Source: a virus. From it: 64,000 nucleotides of DNA. The notes under the pieces were generated by a model. That model made no database searches and had not been told where the DNA came from. It worked only from the letters and a program-made list of their open reading frames with translations. Positions 57,340 through 64,000 of the stretch are shown in pieces. Within the stretch, counting starts at the first letter, position 1, and each line of letters opens with the position of its first letter. The stretch lies in IMG/VR virus record IMGVR_UViG_3300045988_107471. The stretch is one strand, 5' to 3'. A program made the position numbers and the translations under genes.

Positions 57340-58347
57340 TCAGACAGCAGCGTTGTTATTGCAACATCCGTTGTTACATCCACATCCGTTATTGCAGTAA
57401 CCTCCTCCGAATACCTGTCCCCAAGAATAAGCCTGGTAAGGAGAACAAGAGGGGTAGGCTGGGACGGCCGTCGGGCGTAATTGACCAACGATATTCTGGG
57501 TTTGTTGCTGAGATAATGCCGAAGCTGTCAAAGCCGCTTTTTCTTCACGAAGTTGAGCAATAGTGTTCTGCATCTCCCTCATTTCCAACTGACAGAATTT
57601 GTCGTTGATCATAACGGTTTGAGCGTCAAGTTTCGCAGACAAGATATTGAATTGGCTTGTAGCTTGCTCACGATTGTTAGCCAGACCTTGGTTGAGACCG
57701 TTCTGCAAGATATTGGTTTGTTCCAACGTGCGAAGCTGGTTATCAAAACCTTGCTGAGTAATCATTCCCTGAGTCTGGCAAGTGCTTTGATTGATCAACG
57801 AACTCAGATTGCAGCAGCAAGAGCTGATTTGATTTCCTATTTCACAACCTTGTTGTTGAACTGCGTTGATAACAGCCTGAGAAGTCATACCTACCTGACC
57901 AGCTACTTTATCAATAGCACCCTGTACGTTGCAGATAGCGTTCTGAAGTTGAGTAGTAGAACAGTTCAAAGCAGAAGCGATCTGATCTATGGCACTACGA
58001 TTACCTTGAATTGCCTGCATCAAAAGTTCACGACCGTAATCGTTATTCAACTGAGCCGGCAAACCATTGGCGCAACAATCACCACCATTTCCAAAACCGT
58101 TACCGAAGCCGCGTCCACCCCACAGCCAGAACAAAACAATTATCCAGAGCCACCAACCGTTAGCCCCACCGAAACCGTCCTGGTTGTTACGACCGTTCAT
58201 CAAAGCCGCTACCAGATTCGGATCCATTTTATTACCACCTATCAAATTAGCAAACATGCCGGGAATCATTGAAAGAAGACCGTTAGTGGCTGCACCACCA
58301 CCGTTAGCCCCGGCTCCATCTAAAAGGACGATTTTATCACCACCCAT
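57340..58347 (-). CDS. Gly/Asn/Gln/Cys-rich membrane-anchored low-complexity protein (about 335 aa)
   Basis: Start at the internal ATG (MGGDK) preceded by TTTAACAATTAAATAC; TM WWLWIIVLFWLWG; Q/N-rich heptad-like repeats; C-terminal CNNGCGCNNGCCNNN. Confidence 0.6.
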   Translation of the reverse strand: MGGDKIVLLDGAGANGGGAATNGLLSMIPGMFANLIGGNKMDPNLVAALMNGRNNQDGFGGANGWWLWIIVLFWLWGGRGFGNGFGNGGDCCANGLPAQLNNDYGRELLMQAIQGNRSAIDQIASALNCSTTQLQNAICNVQGAIDKVAGQVGMTSQAVINAVQQQGCEIGNQISSCCCNLSSLINQSTCQTQGMITQQGFDNQLRTLEQTNILQNGLNQGLANNREQATSQFNILSAKLDAQTVMINDKFCQLEMREMQNTIAQLREEKAALTASALSQQQTQNIVGQLRPTAVPAYPSCSPYQAYSWGQVFGGGYCNNGCGCNNGCCNNNAAV

Positions 58348-58680
58348 AATTTTATAGTATTTAATTGTTAAACATACGTGCATGAAGCACGTAACAAAGA
58401 TCATGATTGCAGGGTGGAATACAGGTGTGTTTGTTTCCTATAGAAGAGAAGTATTTTCAGCAAAAACGGAAGTATAATACACAATAATTAATTTTCCCCC
58501 ATTTAAGGGGAAAACCTGATAATCATAAACTTTTGCCTTTCCCATTTTGGGTAAAGCACTGTAAAACAAACCAGGGCCCGCATCACTGCGAACCCTGATC
58601 TACACTAATCTAAACTAATACCATGAAAAACTTAAATCTAAAAACTAAAGAACACACAAATGTATGAAAATGTATGGTTT

Positions 58681-58878
58681 TCACAAAGAATCTGTATCCT
58701 GTTCTTTCGTGTGATTCAAGACATGGGATATAGTTCTGATACTTAATCCGGTTTGATTTCGTATCAGATTATAAATATAGGATTTTGAAACTACAGTTCT
58801 TAATTGACCTAAATCATTCATAATGTTTTTATACATAAGATGAATGCTGTTATTACGTTTGATGGTACTGATTCTCAT
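58681..58878 (-). CDS. hypothetical protein (65 aa)
   Basis: ATG ORF. Confidence 0.4.
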   Translation of the reverse strand: MRISTIKRNNSIHLMYKNIMNDLGQLRTVVSKSYIYNLIRNQTGLSIRTISHVLNHTKEQDTDSL

Positions 58879-59019
58879 TTCCTACCGTTATTAGTTACGT
58901 TCTGTTCTTACCTTCCCTATTTTCTATAATCCCTTCCTGAAACTAATATTGCAAACTTAATAAAAATAATTCATAAACAACGAAAATCTAACTTTTCTTG
59001 TATGTTATTGATATACGTG

Positions 59020-59058
59020 CATATATAAGAAAAGTGAGACTTTCACAAGCCTCACTTC
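59020..59058 (-). terminator. rho-independent terminator (AAGTGAG/CTCACTT stem + T-rich tract on - strand)
   Basis: 7-bp stem 45 nt downstream of the 59103 gene end. Confidence 0.5.
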
Positions 59059-59102
59059 CCAAATTATAACTATGAAAAAACTATATTATATATATACAAA
59101 AA

Positions 59103-61361
59103 TTATTTGCATTCTAATTTGTTAAGATCATCCAATTCAGACTTGCTTATGGTCATATCTTGCGTCAAGCCAGATCTGTTTTGGTATGGAGCGTAATCGG
59201 TTTCTACTGTCTTAGCCTTCTGGGTAGAATCGTATTTCACCTCCGATTCGGTCCCTGTCAGATTTTGGTAGATAGAGCCGGAACTACTTTCGCTTACTTT
59301 AGACCATATCTTATTACCTACTCTTATAAAATTATCATAAATACCTTCGGCTGTTATAACACCATCTTGCTCTACGATATTAGAGCCCGATTTTTCTTTT
59401 AACAGATACGGGTGCCTGGTGTAAAAATAGTGTTCAAAATCATTCTCGGCATACGAAGGGTCATACCTATCCAAATAAAACAATTTTGATAAAAAAGGGT
59501 CGGTGCTGGTCATGCTATAATCAAACAACATCAACCTGTCTTTTCCAGATAAAGATAATTCTATTGATTTCAAAATATCAGGATCATCAGAAATAAGACC
59601 CAAAGATGGACCAGATTTGAAGTCAAGATACTTATAGGCATTATCATATAATTTTGTTTTATGGAGTTTGTTGTCAAGGTAATATTGGTATAAATCGAAT
59701 AAGGATAATGGGTTTTCGCTATCTTGTTTTTTGTTCATGTACCGACTAAATTCCCGATCCACATCCGCGTAAGAAACATCAAGTACCGCCGGGTGCCCAA
59801 ACGCCATCCTGGTCATTATCATGTCCTCCGTGTTCTGAGAATCCATGAACGATCTGACGTATTTTTTAATGGAATCCATGAGCGTATTATTATCTACGTT
59901 CCGTACTTTCTCTTTATCCAAAACGCCGTTCTTAAAACAAGATTCAGGATATATTTTAGCAGGAAAGTGAGTTAGGTTGTGCTTGGCTAACACTGTTGAT
60001 ATTTGATACATCTCGTTAAGATCATCTTTGCTGATCCTTTGATATAGATTATCTCCTACCTTAAGCAATGAATGTTTCTCAAATGCTTCTACTGGGTCTA
60101 TATTGGATTCAGAATAAACGATATTCAAATTATCCATATACTCCGGCAATAATCCAAAATAATAGTCTGTACTATCACCAAGAACATCATCAATAGAAGA
60201 TGCCAACGTAGGAGCATAATTTACATCATTGTGCCTGGCCACATAAATATCAAGATCCAGCATCAAATTATCTATCTTATTCAAAGATTCTTCTGTGCCA
60301 TCATAAGTTTCCGATGTCCCTATTATATCTATGCCAAACCACGTACAAGCCTCTTCTATATCCCATATCATGCTTCTTAAATCGGATTCGGTGTCGGCAT
60401 TAACCCTATGTAAATAAGCTGATATACGAGCTCTTAGGAACTCTATTTTGCCGGAATTGTAATAAGAAAGATCTTGTAGCTTAGACAAAGATCTTCTCTT
60501 GCCTTCTACCATATCATCCCCTTCTATGTTTATTACCGGAATCTTATTCGTAGATGAAAACTCATCAAACATAGATTCGGCAAATTCTTTATCAGAAACG
60601 AATTTCTCAACCAGTTCAGGATATGAGTTTCTCAACGATTCAAAAGCAGATGAAAATTCAGAAAAATTTTTTATGCCGGCTACTGTTTTACGCATAGCAT
60701 AATAAAGCTCAGAAGGATTATATGGTACTTTTTTACCAAATTGGTTAAACACTCCCTCCTTGTAAACAATAGAACCATACTGATAGTCAACAGACATAAA
60801 ATAATTATCTTTTTCCCTATCATGTTCGTTATTGGAATAATCCAATAACTTCCTCATGGATGTCGAAACTTCATTAAGAACAGAAGGATCAGATAAGATT
60901 CTACTTATCTCTGTTTCATTATACAAGCCTGATCTTCTTAAATTCTGCTCATTCAGTATCAAACTACCATCTACATAAAAATCGAAGAGGATAGCATTAG
61001 ACAATGAAGACGCATTGAAAAAATAATGAGTAGACAAAAGGAAATCCCTTACATCCTTAATGTCCTGAGCCGTTAAAGGATCAGCAAAATAAGTCTGACG
61101 CTTCATATACGACAGCACGTCTTCTAAAAGAGGTTCGCCATTGGGATCGGTATTAAACATCTCCCCTGGAGCCGGGTTATTCCAATGACCGTAATACGAC
61201 AAAAAACCAGGAGTGTAAGCCTTAGCCCATACCTGAAGAGCCCGCTCACTGTTTCCTAATACCTTTAAAGCACTTTCGTAAAGAACGGAAGGCTCCCCGT
61301 TAGGAGCCTTAACCCGTTTTATTTCATTTTCCTTTTTTTCTATCTGACATTTGACACCCAT
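59103..61361 (-). CDS. large hypothetical protein (752 aa)
   Basis: Long ATG ORF; starts 66 nt downstream of the tnpB2 stop. Confidence 0.8.
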   Translation of the reverse strand: MGVKCQIEKKENEIKRVKAPNGEPSVLYESALKVLGNSERALQVWAKAYTPGFLSYYGHWNNPAPGEMFNTDPNGEPLLEDVLSYMKRQTYFADPLTAQDIKDVRDFLLSTHYFFNASSLSNAILFDFYVDGSLILNEQNLRRSGLYNETEISRILSDPSVLNEVSTSMRKLLDYSNNEHDREKDNYFMSVDYQYGSIVYKEGVFNQFGKKVPYNPSELYYAMRKTVAGIKNFSEFSSAFESLRNSYPELVEKFVSDKEFAESMFDEFSSTNKIPVINIEGDDMVEGKRRSLSKLQDLSYYNSGKIEFLRARISAYLHRVNADTESDLRSMIWDIEEACTWFGIDIIGTSETYDGTEESLNKIDNLMLDLDIYVARHNDVNYAPTLASSIDDVLGDSTDYYFGLLPEYMDNLNIVYSESNIDPVEAFEKHSLLKVGDNLYQRISKDDLNEMYQISTVLAKHNLTHFPAKIYPESCFKNGVLDKEKVRNVDNNTLMDSIKKYVRSFMDSQNTEDMIMTRMAFGHPAVLDVSYADVDREFSRYMNKKQDSENPLSLFDLYQYYLDNKLHKTKLYDNAYKYLDFKSGPSLGLISDDPDILKSIELSLSGKDRLMLFDYSMTSTDPFLSKLFYLDRYDPSYAENDFEHYFYTRHPYLLKEKSGSNIVEQDGVITAEGIYDNFIRVGNKIWSKVSESSSGSIYQNLTGTESEVKYDSTQKAKTVETDYAPYQNRSGLTQDMTISKSELDDLNKLECK

Positions 61362-61427
61362 GTTATGAAAAATATTAAATTCAATAAAATCTATTACATT
61401 TCTTTATAAGTTTCGGAATGTACCTTC

Positions 61428-62660
61428 TTAACAAAATACATTCGTAATCCTTACCGGGTTAAACAATAACCCTCTATCGATTATCCTACGAATTGATTCA
61501 CAAGAATCACCGACTACTTTTCTCATAATGTTTAATGCTCCATTTACATCGGCATTAATGAGCTTTCCTGTAGAGGATTGAAATAATCCTCGTTTTCTCC
61601 TTTTTCCTAAATAGTTTTCATGTTTTCCTATCTTCTCAAATGCAAGAGAATCACATTTTGAAGTATATGATTCTTCATTGATAACTATTTCAATACCAGC
61701 TAATTCACATTTGTATTCTAAGTAACTCACCAATCTCGCAAAAGGGATTTGTGTAAATTTCTGGTTATTCATTTTTCCCATATTCACATTTTGTTTCCAT
61801 CCCTTGTTATAGCCTACAACTAATTTTGTTATCTTGGAATCGATAAGTAAATCAACTATCTTTCTACTGATTTTATGAAAGACATCTTCTATGTACTGTT
61901 CTCTATCATAATATAATTTCTTTATTCGTTTCGTTATCCCTTTTATCTTTTGTAAATCTTTGATACTATTTAATTTAGCTAATGTCTTATTGAATAGCTT
62001 ATTGTATGATTTAACAAATTTACCACTAAATAGAACAGTAAAATCCTCACTGATAAGAGTTGCAAGATTATCAATCCCTAAATCGATTGAAGCAACTTTC
62101 TCTTCCATACCTTTAGACACTTCAATATCTTTTACCTCATAAATGATTTCTATTTTATATCCACATGATGATGGTTTTATTCTAATCTGTTTGAAATCTT
62201 TTATCAAATCAGAATACTTCTCATATTGAGGAATGGGTATTGAAATATCTTTTGATAGGATTATTTTCCCATCTTTTATTTTGCAACTCTGGCTCGTGTA
62301 ATACAAATTGAACTCAGAACCTCTCTTTTTGTAATTTGGAAGACCAGGTTTTTCCTTATACTTAGTTGGATGTTTTTTGTAATCTTGGACCGTTTTGTAA
62401 TAACTTTTAATGTTTTTATCAATAATACGAAGAACTTGTTGAGAACATTGCGCTTTTAATAATTTGTAATTGATATTCCCATCCAAGTTCTTAGTATTCT
62501 TCATGATAGTATCAAGTTCAAAATAAGATAACCACTTATCTTCTTTAGAAAGTGTTTCTCTGAAAATATATAACGCCTGATTGTACAAGTTATTGCTAAT
62601 CTTGCACAAAGATGATATATTTTCATTCTGACCTATGTTGAACTTATATACTAATCTCAT
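61428..62660 (-). CDS. tnpB: IS200/IS605-family TnpB-like protein lacking the canonical zinc finger (410 aa)
   Basis: RuvC-I ASIDLGIDNLATLISEDF, RuvC-II IEDV/ED block, C-terminal RuvC-III INADVNGALNIMRKV; only one Cys in the ZnF region. Confidence 0.75.
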   Translation of the reverse strand: MRLVYKFNIGQNENISSLCKISNNLYNQALYIFRETLSKEDKWLSYFELDTIMKNTKNLDGNINYKLLKAQCSQQVLRIIDKNIKSYYKTVQDYKKHPTKYKEKPGLPNYKKRGSEFNLYYTSQSCKIKDGKIILSKDISIPIPQYEKYSDLIKDFKQIRIKPSSCGYKIEIIYEVKDIEVSKGMEEKVASIDLGIDNLATLISEDFTVLFSGKFVKSYNKLFNKTLAKLNSIKDLQKIKGITKRIKKLYYDREQYIEDVFHKISRKIVDLLIDSKITKLVVGYNKGWKQNVNMGKMNNQKFTQIPFARLVSYLEYKCELAGIEIVINEESYTSKCDSLAFEKIGKHENYLGKRRKRGLFQSSTGKLINADVNGALNIMRKVVGDSCESIRRIIDRGLLFNPVRITNVFC

Positions 62661-62792
62661 GATTTTTAATACATTAAATGCTGTTTACAAATCATACATC
62701 TAAGATACGAATTACATTTGTATTACAGAATAGAATCTATTATTTTTAATGTTATTTTGCACCATAGTGATAAATATTTTAGGCAAAGTTAA

Positions 62793-63323
62793 TTATAAAA
62801 CCGACTTATACAATAACGGATCCCAAACTCCTTCTATATAAATCTCTGGAAAACTCAAACCACCATCACGAAGAGTAGTGACTTCCAAGCTGGGAATGTT
62901 GAAAACAGTGCAAACATCACCAAACTCACGGCTCAACTTAATAGCATTTCCGCTGTTATCAGCTTCATAATAACAATAACAATAATTTTCATTAATGTTT
63001 GGATCATATTCGTACCAATATGTTAGATCCTGTATATGATCTTCTATATTACCAATTTTGTTTTCACCTAATATAAAAATGCCATTATTGCTATGATTAT
63101 AAACCATAGATTCATAACCACCATGATTCCAATCACTATTAAACATTATATAACTTTCTTCGGAATCATAATCTTTTAATACAGGCCCTATATGTATATG
63201 AATTTTATTAAACTGACATACATAAGGTCTTTTTCCTCCAAGCCTTTTTATATCTTCATTAGATAACTTATTATAACATCCTCCCACAAAATTATCCGCA
63301 GCATTAAAAAATCTCCTTCTCAT
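62793..63323 (-). CDS. 'MRRRF' family protein (about 176 aa)
   Basis: MRRRFFNAADNFVGG N-terminus shared with the 42429 and 42883 genes; Asn/Tyr/Gly-rich. Confidence 0.55.
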   Translation of the reverse strand: MRRRFFNAADNFVGGCYNKLSNEDIKRLGGKRPYVCQFNKIHIHIGPVLKDYDSEESYIMFNSDWNHGGYESMVYNHSNNGIFILGENKIGNIEDHIQDLTYWYEYDPNINENYCYCYYEADNSGNAIKLSREFGDVCTVFNIPSLEVTTLRDGGLSFPEIYIEGVWDPLLYKSVL

Positions 63324-63325
63324 AC

Positions 63326-63964
63326 TCAACACTCCTTATTTAACTCATTTATCGAATCCGAATTATCAGAACCTTCTACAAGATTCTTATTCCTATCTAT
63401 CTCTTCCTGGCTCATGTTACTCATCATATTTTGTATTTTTCTACCAGATTGAGATAAAGAACGGATGAATGCGCTGGAACTTATCTTAACTCCAAGATCC
63501 GGTTTTGCTCTAAACGCTTCGCCGGTACTGATATTATACAAATCATAAACACCTGAGTTCATGTAGAATTTGTATATCCAGTTTCCACCAGCTTTTTTGT
63601 ACCCTAATTTGGTCAGCTCGACTACGCTCATACCAAATTTAATGCCATTACGACCCATTATCTTCTCTGGTATAGGTTCTACCTTAGCCGGAACAGATGT
63701 ATATGCTTCATCACCGCCGTACAGGAAATAAGGGGTTGTTACCCTTGATATGTGAATAAGCGGCTCTTCGGATATACGAGGTTCGTTTTTTGCAGTCTTA
63801 GATTCTTTCCTTGGATTGGATATCCTAATAAAAGGATCGTATGTTAAAAAGGTTAAGCCGTATTCTACTTTATAACCTGATACGCCGTTAAGATCCCTTA
63901 TAGCCTTAGTCGTATGCGAGTGGTTGATGGTGTCTATCCCGTACCTTGATTCCATATCGGTCAT
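63326..63964 (-). CDS. hypothetical protein (212 aa)
   Basis: ATG ORF; start near the window edge. Confidence 0.55.
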   Translation of the reverse strand: MTDMESRYGIDTINHSHTTKAIRDLNGVSGYKVEYGLTFLTYDPFIRISNPRKESKTAKNEPRISEEPLIHISRVTTPYFLYGGDEAYTSVPAKVEPIPEKIMGRNGIKFGMSVVELTKLGYKKAGGNWIYKFYMNSGVYDLYNISTGEAFRAKPDLGVKISSSAFIRSLSQSGRKIQNMMSNMSQEEIDRNKNLVEGSDNSDSINELNKEC

Positions 63965-64000
63965 AATGCTATTAACCTCATCTCCCTCTACATAAACCTC

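Noticed and set aside
1-64000. CRISPR arrays, reverse transcriptases (DGR or retron) or integrase/attachment sites
   Set aside because: No regularly spaced direct repeats, no RT motif (YxDD) and no tyrosine or serine recombinase signature in any frame.

Overview
The window looks like an AT-rich, very densely packed phage genome segment. Many genes overlap by the ATGA start/stop arrangement, and many small proteins are Cys-rich or carry zinc-ribbon motifs. Host signals point to Bacteroidetes: a DUF4494-type protein, A-rich Shine-Dalgarno-less leaders on many genes, and one TAnnTTTG-type promoter.

Bases 1 to 42314 carry about 88 + strand genes in an early, replication and nucleotide-metabolism style block. 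Recognisable products are a DnaB-like helicase, a zinc-ribbon/Toprim-like primase candidate, an SF2 DEAH-type helicase, a Cas4/RecB-like Fe-S nuclease, a C5-cytosine DNA methyltransferase and a MazG-like NTP pyrophosphohydrolase. The same block also holds a compact ABC-type ATPase and, unusually for a phage, an acyl carrier protein followed by an NfeD-like membrane protein and an SPFH/flotillin protein.

A bidirectional hairpin terminator at about 42.32 to 42.36 kb separates this from a - strand block running from 42.4 to 64 kb. That block has a 2140-aa giant ORF in its own terminator-bounded unit and three paralogues that all begin MRRRF. It also has an RG/Tyr-rich low-complexity protein, a G/N/Q/C-rich membrane protein, and a protein with a C-terminal Tad2-like (DUF2829) domain. 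Two IS200/IS605-family TnpB (OrfB) genes without TnpA are present, each with a candidate omega-RNA region downstream.

Two roughly 100-120 nt tRNA-like elements (574-697 and 1457-1552) share a GGTTCGATTC T-loop and a conserved ATCTCACA tail. Neither folds into a standard 73-76 nt cloverleaf by hand. No CRISPR array, reverse transcriptase or integrase was seen.

I could not run homology searches. All functional calls rest on motif recognition in the translated ORFs and should be treated as hypotheses.
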